Shown one piece after another: positions 17,855 through 27,005 of a stretch of 39,628 nucleotides of DNA; the first letter of the stretch is position 1, and every line of letters starts with the position of its first letter. The stretch spans positions 1-39,628 of the forward strand of contig CAYWJO010000031.1 of assembly GCA_964458565.1 (NCBI GenBank), written 5' to 3'. The notes under the pieces were generated by a model. That model did no database searches. It worked only from the letters and a program-made list of their open reading frames with translations, and was not told where the DNA came from. A program made the translations under genes and the position numbers. The DNA comes from an uncultured archaeon (GTDB lineage: Archaea; Asgardarchaeota; Thorarchaeia; Thorarchaeales; Thorarchaeaceae).

Positions 17855-19561
17855 ATGAGTGCATCAAGTGAAAAGCTACGAGAAAAGGTCATTGAAGTAA
17901 TGACAACGGTAGAAAGTAGAGGATTATTTGTTCATTCTACTGACCTTCTAGTAAAATACAACGAAGGTGCTACATCAAAGAGAGCCAAGACAGCACGATT
18001 ACCACTAATAGTAGGATCTTGTATTTTGAACGCGCTTGTTCCACGGTCTGCTATGTTACTTGTAGGGGGGCATGGTGGAGGGAAGACTACACTCTGTAAA
18101 CTATTGGGTAGAATGATGACCGGTGTTGGACTTGATGAGATAGAAGAAGGTATACTCCGTGGTCATCCGCAACTGACCGAAGAGAAAATGATTGCCACGC
18201 TTCGACCTGGTCCTTTGATGAAGGAGGGAATTGAAGTTGTTGTCTGGAGGAAATTCGTTACCGGTTTCTGGAAGATAATAGATGAGGTGAATCGATTAAC
18301 ACCTCATGCACAGAATATCTTACTCTCGATGCTGGCCGAAGGTGAGTTGAAGTATTATGATGAGATAAAAAGGTGCGAAGAGTTCTGTCTATTCGCCACA
18401 ATGAATCCTACTGATTCAGGAACATTTGATATGGCTCCTCCCTTCTTGGACCGTTTTGGAATAGCAGTTCCAATCACCATGCCTTCTGTTGATGACTTGG
18501 AGCTTATTCTAGCATCTCGCGATGAGAAGTTATTTGGATATGATGAACTTTGGCAAGTCCCTTCGTTACTTGACGAGGAAGAGCTTCTTACAATCTGGAA
18601 TCTTGCTGATAAGGTTCCTGTTACCTCGAATGCATCTGAGTTTATGCGTGCACTCATCAGAGAATTTGGTGCTTGTATCCGTGTTGACAAAAGTCAATCA
18701 AGTGGGTTAAATCCAAATACTGGACTTTGCGATAATTGTCACTTCAACACAGCTAAGAGCCTGTGCAATAAAATCATAACACCGATTAGCGTTCGAGCTG
18801 CAAAAGACCTCAATCGTTTTTGCAAAGCTACTGCTTGGCTCATTGGAGCTTCGGAAGTAAGTGTTGAGATAGTCAAGTCTATTGCACCTTTGGTCTTCTG
18901 GCATCGTGCTGAGTATGTTAGAGATGAGTTGGAACGATCTCCATATTATGGGAACAAATACGAATACACATGTCATCTGGTTGAACAATCATCTGCTCAT
19001 TTCGCTCAGAGAGAACCTGCTGTTAAGATAATGGAGGAGCTTCGTTCCGGTAGGGCACCCAAAGGAGCTATGGATGAGCTTCGGGAGATTGCAAAGAGCG
19101 ACCTCATTGTTAACATAGATTATCTGAGATTTGCAAAAGAACTCCAACGTTCTGGATACAGCAAAATGGTTAAGAGTATTGAGCAAGCAATTGAGAAGGA
19201 AGATGCAAAATCCCTCTCAGAAACTCGCGATTCTCTTCTGCATGACCCGGAGTTTCCAAATCGTAATGTGCTTCTAAAACGTGTCACAGAAACGCTTCAT
19301 CGCCTTACACTGTCTCAATTTGAATTGACTTTTGAACAATGGCAAGACCTCTGGACCATAATCAGCATGAGCTTTCCGAAACTCACCTCTCTACTAAAAG
19401 AAACACTGAATCCTCCCAAACGAAAAATCGTCCGTTCTGAGGACTTGACACTTGTTGTCTACACAACTGGTTCTTCTCCCACATCTCCTGTCTTTCTTGA
19501 AGTATCTGGAGGCGAAGCCGCCCTACAAATGAAAGATGAGATAACTAAGCAAATTGGGTGA
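17855..19561 (+). CDS. MoxR-like AAA+ ATPase with Cys-rich insertion and C-terminal extension
   Basis: Walker A GGHGGGKT, Walker B IIDEVNR, QN.LLS.L.EG, FATMNP, LDRF, sensor-2 ISVRA. Confidence 0.88.
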   Translation: MSASSEKLREKVIEVMTTVESRGLFVHSTDLLVKYNEGATSKRAKTARLPLIVGSCILNALVPRSAMLLVGGHGGGKTTLCKLLGRMMTGVGLDEIEEGILRGHPQLTEEKMIATLRPGPLMKEGIEVVVWRKFVTGFWKIIDEVNRLTPHAQNILLSMLAEGELKYYDEIKRCEEFCLFATMNPTDSGTFDMAPPFLDRFGIAVPITMPSVDDLELILASRDEKLFGYDELWQVPSLLDEEELLTIWNLADKVPVTSNASEFMRALIREFGACIRVDKSQSSGLNPNTGLCDNCHFNTAKSLCNKIITPISVRAAKDLNRFCKATAWLIGASEVSVEIVKSIAPLVFWHRAEYVRDELERSPYYGNKYEYTCHLVEQSSAHFAQREPAVKIMEELRSGRAPKGAMDELREIAKSDLIVNIDYLRFAKELQRSGYSKMVKSIEQAIEKEDAKSLSETRDSLLHDPEFPNRNVLLKRVTETLHRLTLSQFELTFEQWQDLWTIISMSFPKLTSLLKETLNPPKRKIVRSEDLTLVVYTTGSSPTSPVFLEVSGGEAALQMKDEITKQIG

Positions 19562-19565
19562 AATT

Positions 19566-21272
19566 ATGATTCGTAGTGATAGTGAAACAGCCCGATCTGC
19601 AAGCCTCGCATCAGTTGCTCAAAGAGCATGGGCTCAAGCACTAGGTGATTTCTACCATCCGCCGCTCCCAGAAGTTATAATTGAGCATGACGATAAAAAG
19701 TGCAGCTACTTCTATATTGACGCAACAACTTGGACTGTTCATCTGAACACAGTAGGAGTGCCCTTTCAGTTTGATATGAACGAGGCTGAGTCGTATTTGC
19801 GTTCAATATGTCACCATGAGCTCAATCATTATTTGAGATGCCCATATGATGGTGTCACAAACGGAATGATGTTTGCAGCTGCACGAAGACATGTGAATGA
19901 TGCGACCGCCATGTTCACCTGCAATCTCTTTGCAGACCTGGTTATTGATTCAGCTCTTCTGAAACGGTTTCCGTCTTTAACTTATGATAGAATCAATTCC
20001 TCGATTCAGGACTCAGCGACGCGTATGTCCAATCATAGCGAACTCTGGAATCTCATTATATCCTGCTATCATACTATGTGGGGTTTTCCATTGCCCTCTG
20101 GTGTGAGGATGAGTGATAACACACTTATTGCTGGTAAGGAGATTGTAAAAGTAACAATGAAATATATGAATCGAATGGATCAATGGAACACTGCTACTGC
20201 TAAAATTGCTAAGATCATTTCTGAGTGGGCTCCTACTGAGGATGAACCCCTTGCAGGATCTGGGGCGCCTGGCGATTCCGAATCCTCTGACTTAATCGGT
20301 GTGCCACTTGATGTGGACTCAATTATGGGGGACCCGATTGAACCAAGGAACAGCACTCGTGTCAGAAGATGTATAGAAAATAGTGTTGAAGAAAATCTCG
20401 AAGAATTCATTGAACGATTAGCTGACGAAGTTGAGAATCGGGGTGGTTCAATAGACGATTTAGAAGGGGTTCTCTACGTTGCTGGTATAGGAGATTCTAG
20501 GCGGAATTGGATTCGATTCTGGTATCGTGCCAAAGCAAAGAAAACAATTAGGATTGAAATATCCAGACCGAAGACTCAAGGTAGTTCACCTCTATCTCCT
20601 GATTTGTGGCGTTTAGGAGACCCAATTGAGGAACTCGATATCGTTCAATCTTTACAGGCTTTTCCAGTACTCGTTCCAAATATGTCAACACGAAAGTGGA
20701 TACATCATGAATATCATGGACAAGAATCTGGTTCTAACGTTCCTGACCTATTGCTTGTTATTGATTCGAGTGGTTCGATGACATGGTCCATGAATCGAAA
20801 ACAATTAACCGGATTGTATCACACCGCTCTTCTTAGTGCCTTTGCCGCGCTGGAACTTGCTCTAGTATCAGGTAGTCGCGTCGCTGCAATCAATTTTTCT
20901 GACGGTGTTCGAAAGAGTACTTGGTCTAGAGACCGTGCATCCGTGGAGCAAATTCTGACTGCTTATCAAGGAGGGGGAACTGTGATGCCGATGAAGTATA
21001 TAGTCGAACTAGCTTACGAGGGAAAAGAGTCTATTCTTGTTCTGATGATAACTGATGCGGAGGTAGCAAACTGGGACAATATGATTGATGGGATTGCTCA
21101 CATGGTTTCACGGAATCATCGCATTGTCTTATTCCATATTGGTTCTTCTGGACGAGATGTCATGACACGAGAATTAGAAAAAGCCGGAGCCATAGTTTAT
21201 CCAATAATCAAGGAGATTGATCTCCAAGGATTAGTGGTTAGAGAGGCACGAAGAGCTTACATTCCTGAATGA
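19566..21272 (+). CDS. vWA-domain protein with N-terminal HExxH metallopeptidase-like domain
   Basis: HHELNH motif followed by N...DLVID; C-terminal MIDAS IDSSGSM, GGGT, ITDAE. ATG 19566 with GGGTGA SD overlapping the MoxR stop. Confidence 0.88.
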   Translation: MIRSDSETARSASLASVAQRAWAQALGDFYHPPLPEVIIEHDDKKCSYFYIDATTWTVHLNTVGVPFQFDMNEAESYLRSICHHELNHYLRCPYDGVTNGMMFAAARRHVNDATAMFTCNLFADLVIDSALLKRFPSLTYDRINSSIQDSATRMSNHSELWNLIISCYHTMWGFPLPSGVRMSDNTLIAGKEIVKVTMKYMNRMDQWNTATAKIAKIISEWAPTEDEPLAGSGAPGDSESSDLIGVPLDVDSIMGDPIEPRNSTRVRRCIENSVEENLEEFIERLADEVENRGGSIDDLEGVLYVAGIGDSRRNWIRFWYRAKAKKTIRIEISRPKTQGSSPLSPDLWRLGDPIEELDIVQSLQAFPVLVPNMSTRKWIHHEYHGQESGSNVPDLLLVIDSSGSMTWSMNRKQLTGLYHTALLSAFAALELALVSGSRVAAINFSDGVRKSTWSRDRASVEQILTAYQGGGTVMPMKYIVELAYEGKESILVLMITDAEVANWDNMIDGIAHMVSRNHRIVLFHIGSSGRDVMTRELEKAGAIVYPIIKEIDLQGLVVREARRAYIPE

Positions 21273-21355
21273 TTCCTCACCCAAACTTTTATCATTCACA
21301 GGAATCGGGCTACGATGAGCCTAGAACCCTTCTAACATGGGAGGATCCATAGAGA

Positions 21356-22186
21356 ATGTATGAAATCATAGAAAAACGGGAGCTCAATGATATGACCAAG
21401 ATGATGGTCATCAAGGCTCCTGATGTAGCTCGTGTATGTCTTCCGGGTCAATTCGTTATTATCCGTGTAAATGAAACTGGGGAACGAATACCTCTCACTG
21501 TCGCTGACTATGACAGGGAACATGGTACTGTGACAATTGTCTATCAAGAAGTCGGTAAGTCCACAAAATTACTCGGCAGTCTGAAACAAGGGGAAAGCAT
21601 TCTTGATTTTGTTGGTCCGCTTGGTAGAGCCACTGAAACTGAGAATGTTGGTACGGTTTGTGTCATAGGTGGTGGGTGTGGTACGGCAATAGCATATCCT
21701 GTTGCCAGAGCCTATAAAGACGCAGGTAATAAGATCATCGCCATTAATGGTGCTAGAAGCATGTCTCTGCTTCTCTACAGAGACCAAATGGCGGAAATCA
21801 GTGACGAGTTCTATGAAACAACAGATGACGGTTCTTGTGGGGTTCATGGCTTTGTAACCACCGTTCTGGGTGATCTTATTCAACAGGGTCGCCAGATTGA
21901 TCTAGTATTCGCTGTTGGCCCAGTTCCGATGATGAAGTTTGTTGCAAAGACCACTGAATCAGCAAAGATCCCGACAATTGTGTCTTTGAATAGTATTATG
22001 GTAGATGGCACAGGTATGTGCGGTGCATGTAGAGTAAATATTGGCGGACAGATGAAGTTCGCCTGTGTTGATGGTCCTGAATTCGATGGTCATAAAGTGG
22101 ATTTCAATGAGTTGATGGGTCGCTTGAACGCTTATGTCGAGAAGGAGAAGATCTCAGTAGAGGCATGGGAAAAGGGAGGCCATTGA
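21356..22186 (+). CDS. nfnA: NfnA/NfnS (SudB-like) FAD/[2Fe-2S] subunit
   Basis: PGQFVI..GERIPLT, GPLG, GGG.G.A, GPVPMM, DGTGMCGACR...FACVDGPEF. Confidence 0.9.
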   Translation: MYEIIEKRELNDMTKMMVIKAPDVARVCLPGQFVIIRVNETGERIPLTVADYDREHGTVTIVYQEVGKSTKLLGSLKQGESILDFVGPLGRATETENVGTVCVIGGGCGTAIAYPVARAYKDAGNKIIAINGARSMSLLLYRDQMAEISDEFYETTDDGSCGVHGFVTTVLGDLIQQGRQIDLVFAVGPVPMMKFVAKTTESAKIPTIVSLNSIMVDGTGMCGACRVNIGGQMKFACVDGPEFDGHKVDFNELMGRLNAYVEKEKISVEAWEKGGH

Positions 22187-22188
22187 GC

Positions 22189-23604
22189 ATGAGTGAAAAA
22201 CCAAAACGAGAGCGAAAACCCCCAACAAAGAAGGTTCCAATTCCTGAACAAGATCCCAAGAAACGAGTGAAGAATTTCAATGAAGTTGCTCTTGGTTATA
22301 CTGAAGAGCAAACATTGATGGAAGCCGAGAAATGCCTTCAGTGTCGTAATCCTAAGTGTATCAGTGGTTGTCCTGTTGAAGTTCCAATTAAGGAGTTCAT
22401 CGAATTAATTCGTGAACGCGATTATATGGCTGCAGCTGCAAAGATCAAAGAAACAAACAGTCTGCCAGCTGTATGTGGTAGAGTATGTCCCCAAGAAACG
22501 CAATGTGAGGAGCCTTGTATTTATGGGATTCGAAATGAACCCATAGCCATTGGAAGATTGGAGCGTTTTGTAGCTGACTATGCTCGTGAAAGAGGTGAAC
22601 CACTACCTGAACTGACACCGAAGAATGGTATGAAGGTCGCAGTTGTGGGTGCTGGACCTGCCGGTCTCACATGTGCTGGAGACCTGATTAAATTGGGATA
22701 TGATGTCACAATCTTTGAAGCCTTTCACAAACCTGGCGGAGTGCTCATGTATGGAATACCCGAATTCCGACTTCCCAAGGATATTGTTGAAGCAGAAGTA
22801 GATTATCTCCGAAAGCTTGGTGTAGAACTTAGATTGAATTTTGTTGTTGGGAAAATACGTACAATTCTCGAGTTGATGGAACTAGATGGATACGGAGCTG
22901 TTTTCATAGGTTCAGGCGCTGGTGCACCTAATTTCATGAAAATCGAGGGAATGAATTTAATCGATGTTTTTTCAGCTAACGAATTCCTCACCCGTGTCAA
23001 TTTGATGAAAGGATACCTTTTCCCAGAATATGATACTCCTGTGCGTATCGGTAACAATGTTGCCGTCATTGGTGGTGGTAACGTAGCTATGGATGCTGCA
23101 AGAACATCGCTTCGTCTTGGTGCAAAGAATGTCTACATTGTGTACAGACGGGCACGAGAACAGATGCCTGCACGAGCTGAGGAGGCACATCACGCTGAAG
23201 AAGAAGGTGTTCAATTCAGGCTCCTTCAGAACCCTGTTGAAGTCATCGGGGATGAAAAAGGGCATGTCATTGGGATGAAGTGTATTAAGATGGAATTAGG
23301 TGAACCAGACGATTCTGGTAGACGAAGACCTGTTCCGATCAAAGGTTCTGAGTTCATCTTGGATGTGGATAGTGTCATTGTAGCGATTGGTAATTCGCCA
23401 AATCCAATAATACCTCAGACTACTCCTGGTCTCGACGTTTCTCCTTGGGGAACGATTGTGATTGATGAAGATACTGGTATGTCTTCAGTTCCTGGTGTAT
23501 TTGCAGGTGGGGATATTGTCACTGGTGCAGCGACTGTTATTAGTGCGATGGGTGCTGGTAAGAAGGCAGCTCGAGGTATCCACGAGTATCTTACAAAGAA
23601 GTGA
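22189..23604 (+). CDS. nfnB: NfnB/NfnL (SudA/GltD-like) FAD/2x[4Fe-4S] subunit
   Basis: CLQC...C..GCP, CGRVCPQETQCE, IGRLE, GAGPAG, GGGNVAMD, YRR, GGDIVTG; no glutamate synthase large subunit adjacent; paired with nfnA. Confidence 0.9.
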   Translation: MSEKPKRERKPPTKKVPIPEQDPKKRVKNFNEVALGYTEEQTLMEAEKCLQCRNPKCISGCPVEVPIKEFIELIRERDYMAAAAKIKETNSLPAVCGRVCPQETQCEEPCIYGIRNEPIAIGRLERFVADYARERGEPLPELTPKNGMKVAVVGAGPAGLTCAGDLIKLGYDVTIFEAFHKPGGVLMYGIPEFRLPKDIVEAEVDYLRKLGVELRLNFVVGKIRTILELMELDGYGAVFIGSGAGAPNFMKIEGMNLIDVFSANEFLTRVNLMKGYLFPEYDTPVRIGNNVAVIGGGNVAMDAARTSLRLGAKNVYIVYRRAREQMPARAEEAHHAEEEGVQFRLLQNPVEVIGDEKGHVIGMKCIKMELGEPDDSGRRRPVPIKGSEFILDVDSVIVAIGNSPNPIIPQTTPGLDVSPWGTIVIDEDTGMSSVPGVFAGGDIVTGAATVISAMGAGKKAARGIHEYLTKK

Positions 23605-23721
23605 ATAACAGACTACCACCACATATGAATGAGATTAAACAAGGCAATACTAGAATCAATATAGTTCATATTTCATCAGCATTCATAAAGAACCGATGTT
23701 GCTTCTAGAGCGTGATATATC

Positions 23722-25233
23722 ATGGATTCTCTACCCCTGACCACAGAAGAAATGCAAGTGCTAGAACTCAACGCTGAGTATCTAGGTGTTACTCATAGCA
23801 TGCTTATGCAAAATGCTGGTAGAGAGGTTGCCAGAGTCATTTCACAGAATGAGATTGTCAAAGGAAAAGACATCACTATTCTTTGTGGACTGGGTGGTAA
23901 TGGGGGGGATGGAATGGTGGCTGCTCGATACCTCCAAGAACTTGGGGCACAGCTGAGAGTTTTTCTAATTGGTTCAGTAAATGATATTTCAAATCCCGAT
24001 ACAATTGCAAACTGGGATATCTTGAATAATATTGTAGAGATTGAGAATTCTCAGTTAAAGAGCGAGTCACAGATTAAAGCAGAAAAATCAATCAAAACTG
24101 CTGATATTCTCATTGATGCAATGATGGGGTTTGGACTTAGAAGCAAGCTTAGAGATCCCCTATTGACCGCTGTTAAAGAATTCAATAAATCCACTGCCGT
24201 GAAATATGCGATTGATGTTCCCACCGGAATTGACTCAGACAATGGTAATATTTTGGGTGAAGCAGTGAAGGTAAAATCTACTATTGCATTGCACGCTCCG
24301 AAAGCTGGCTTGTCAAAAGCCTTGGATTTTTCTGGAGTAATTAAGGTAGTATCAATTGGAATTCCTGCAGAAGCTGGGAAAATCTGTGGACCTGGTGATT
24401 TATCCATATTTAATCGTCCTAGGGCCAAGGAAACGAGGAAGGGTGACTATGGGAAAATTCTCGTAATAGGTGGTAGTGAAACTTATTCAGGTGCTCCTGC
24501 TCTCACTGGTCTTGCAGCCCTTAAGACAGGAGCTGATTTGGTGTCCATTGCCGCACCCGAACCTGTGGTGTCAGCTATACGATCCTATAGTCCAAATCTC
24601 ATGGTGACCTCAATTCGTGCCATGCATATAACACCAGAAAATCTGGAAGCTCTGATAGAACTTGTAAAGACACAAGATGTCATTGCTTTAGGTCCAGGAC
24701 TTGGCATCGCTCCAGACACTAAGAAAGCAACAAAGACACTCTCAGAGCAAATCGTGGGGCTTGGTGTCAAGATGGTTATTGATGCTGATGGATTGAAGGG
24801 AATTGCTGGTACGGGAATCAAGTTGAACCCAAGTAAGTGCATTCTCACACCTCATTTCGGAGAAATCCAAATATTGTTAGGAGAGAAGAGCAAGAAAAGT
24901 GCAAGTCTTGACACTCGGATTGATCATGCATTAAGTGGTGCGAAGCTGTATAATTCGGTGATCCTACTAAAAGGAGCTGTTGATGTAGTAGCTCATCCTG
25001 ATGGCAGATACAAACTGAATCGTACAGGTGTTCCTGCAATGAGTGTTGGAGGAACTGGTGATGTCCTGACTGGAATTGTAGCAGCCCTTTTAGCTCATGG
25101 AAAAGGGGCATTCAACTCTGCTGCTGCAGCAGCATTCATCTCAGGAAAAGCTGGTGAGCTTGCATTTGAGATTCTTGGCGATCATCTGATGGCAACAGAC
25201 TGTATTGAACAGATTCCTGCAGCGATGAAGTGA
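23722..25233 (+). CDS. nnr: Bifunctional NAD(P)H-hydrate epimerase/dehydratase (YjeF/Nnr)
   Basis: LMQNAG, CG.GGNGGDG, DA..GFG, AIDVPTG (YjeF-N); KGDYG, GGS..YSGAP, GPGLG, IDADG, TPH.GE, LKG, GGTGDVLTG. Confidence 0.95.
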   Translation: MDSLPLTTEEMQVLELNAEYLGVTHSMLMQNAGREVARVISQNEIVKGKDITILCGLGGNGGDGMVAARYLQELGAQLRVFLIGSVNDISNPDTIANWDILNNIVEIENSQLKSESQIKAEKSIKTADILIDAMMGFGLRSKLRDPLLTAVKEFNKSTAVKYAIDVPTGIDSDNGNILGEAVKVKSTIALHAPKAGLSKALDFSGVIKVVSIGIPAEAGKICGPGDLSIFNRPRAKETRKGDYGKILVIGGSETYSGAPALTGLAALKTGADLVSIAAPEPVVSAIRSYSPNLMVTSIRAMHITPENLEALIELVKTQDVIALGPGLGIAPDTKKATKTLSEQIVGLGVKMVIDADGLKGIAGTGIKLNPSKCILTPHFGEIQILLGEKSKKSASLDTRIDHALSGAKLYNSVILLKGAVDVVAHPDGRYKLNRTGVPAMSVGGTGDVLTGIVAALLAHGKGAFNSAAAAAFISGKAGELAFEILGDHLMATDCIEQIPAAMK

Positions 25234-25237
25234 TGAA

Positions 25238-26218
25238 TCATCTGATAACTGGCATATTCTCCAGCAACTCTCGAGCGAGTTTCTTGTTTTCTTGATTGAT
25301 TGGTACCCAAATTATACCTACATCCGGTTGTCCATATAACAGAACAGAACCCTCTGGGGCTAACAAGACTGCTGGGAATCCCATAAGATCTTCTTCACCA
25401 TCAACAATGATGAGTGTCTTCTCTTCCTTCGTGATAGCTGTTGAAATGGTCGACCATACCTCTGGATATAGAACAGCTGGGGGATTATACACGTGATATT
25501 CACACTTGCTCCTAAATGCGTACTCATACTTACCTCGCTTTGTTATACCATCGATTATTCTCACATCTGGTATAATTTTCTGACTCTCTAGTGTAGCACA
25601 AGTAACATCGCCAACTCCTATGATCATTCGAGGGTTTTCTTTGTGAATTCTTTCTGCTACTCTGATTTCAGGCGAACCATCTTTAGTATGAAATACTTCT
25701 CCCTTTGGAGTCTGAAGAGTAGATCGGTTATTTACTTCAAGCTGTCGTGGGGGTTCTGAAGTTCCTACAAGTACTCGTCCCTCTCTATCGAGTTCTCCCT
25801 TTCTCAAACGAGCGGAGGTCAGCTTATCACCGTCTTGTGCCATAACCGGTTTGAGATATTCTATATTGTCGTTATATCCTAAGCTTTTGCGTTTTGGAAT
25901 AATCTGATTACTTATCTCATCACAGCAGGGTCCAATATACATCAGAATGTGCATACTCTCAGAAATGTCTAATAATTTTGAATATTTGTCGATGATTTCG
26001 ATATGGATTTCCGTCATCTCCACGTCTTCAAGGTATTCTCTCAAACGTTGAGCTCTATGATATGCCGGTTGAATGATCTGGTTTAATTCAAGTTCTCCAA
26101 CCAGTTCACCATCAGTTACAACCGCAACAGGATTCCTATGAGATGATAGTTTATCAAGGAGTAATCTGTGTCCTAGGTGAAGTCTATCAAACAGATTTAA
26201 CGCGCGAGTAGTTAACAT
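25238..26218 (-). CDS. coaD: Fused phosphopantetheine adenylyltransferase + GTP-dependent dephospho-CoA kinase (DUF359)
   Basis: FDRLHLGH (HxGH) and LTSARLRKGELDREG (archaeal PPAT); VGDVT, IIDG.TKR, NPP, VDGEEDL, YGQP (DUF359). Confidence 0.87.
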   Translation of the reverse strand: MLTTRALNLFDRLHLGHRLLLDKLSSHRNPVAVVTDGELVGELELNQIIQPAYHRAQRLREYLEDVEMTEIHIEIIDKYSKLLDISESMHILMYIGPCCDEISNQIIPKRKSLGYNDNIEYLKPVMAQDGDKLTSARLRKGELDREGRVLVGTSEPPRQLEVNNRSTLQTPKGEVFHTKDGSPEIRVAERIHKENPRMIIGVGDVTCATLESQKIIPDVRIIDGITKRGKYEYAFRSKCEYHVYNPPAVLYPEVWSTISTAITKEEKTLIIVDGEEDLMGFPAVLLAPEGSVLLYGQPDVGIIWVPINQENKKLARELLENMPVIR

Positions 26219-26249
26219 TATTGAAATCCTTGTGTTGAATCAGACTTAA

Positions 26250-26260
26250 AACCTTAATAT
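26250..26260 (+). promoter_or_regulatory. BRE-TATA-like promoter AACCTTAATAT
   Basis: Lies in the divergent gap upstream of the metallophosphoesterase; identical to the elements at 4719 and 11134. Confidence 0.5.
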
Positions 26261-26307
26261 CTGTCTTCTGAAATAGTAACATAACAATCACGGTATTGAG
26301 TAGTATC

Positions 26308-27003
26308 ATGCGAATCTTGGCAGTAGCAGATGTACATAGCCCACGCTTTCTCCAGATCTTTGTTGATAGTATTTCAAAATTTGAGTCTCCTGACCTATTT
26401 CTAATGGCTGGAGATATGGTGAACAGGGGTTCTATCGATGAATTCCCTCGTGTGCTAGATATAATGGATGAAGCGCTCGGAAACAATTTTCCAATAGTCG
26501 CATGTTATGGAAATGATGAATACTCTGAGCTTAGAGATGATCTTGTATCTATAGCAAAGAATCGAGTTACCTTCCTAGATGAAATCTCAATTGTTGTTGA
26601 GATCTTAGGTAAGCGTATTGGTATTGTTGGTACACAGGGCTCTCTAGATCGACCAACAACATGGCAAAGAAGCAACTTGCCCAATATTCGTGAAGTATTT
26701 TCTAGACGAGCTCGACGTGCTTCAAATCTTCTTTCAAAGCTAAAAGGTAGTGTGGACTATCGAATTCTCCTAATGCATTATAGCCCATGCTTAGAAACAT
26801 GTGAAGGTGAAGATTTTCGTTCATTTGCATGGTTAGGCAGTCGTAAATTCTACAAAGTAGTTGAGGAACAACAACCTGATCTTGTTATTCATGGACATGT
26901 CCACAATTCGTATGTTTACGAAGCGAAACTTGGCTCGTCATTAATCCAAAATGTGAGCCTTCCTGCAGTGAAAGACGTCACTGAACTCGTGCTTTGGGAA
27001 TAG
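26308..27003 (+). CDS. Calcineurin-like metallophosphoesterase
   Basis: DVH, AGD, GNDE, MHY and HGHVH motifs. Confidence 0.9.
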   Translation: MRILAVADVHSPRFLQIFVDSISKFESPDLFLMAGDMVNRGSIDEFPRVLDIMDEALGNNFPIVACYGNDEYSELRDDLVSIAKNRVTFLDEISIVVEILGKRIGIVGTQGSLDRPTTWQRSNLPNIREVFSRRARRASNLLSKLKGSVDYRILLMHYSPCLETCEGEDFRSFAWLGSRKFYKVVEEQQPDLVIHGHVHNSYVYEAKLGSSLIQNVSLPAVKDVTELVLWE

Positions 27004-27005
27004 CG

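Noticed and set aside
22189-23604. Glutamate synthase small subunit
   Set aside because: Paired with an NfnA-type gene and no large subunit nearby, so Nfn is the better explanation.
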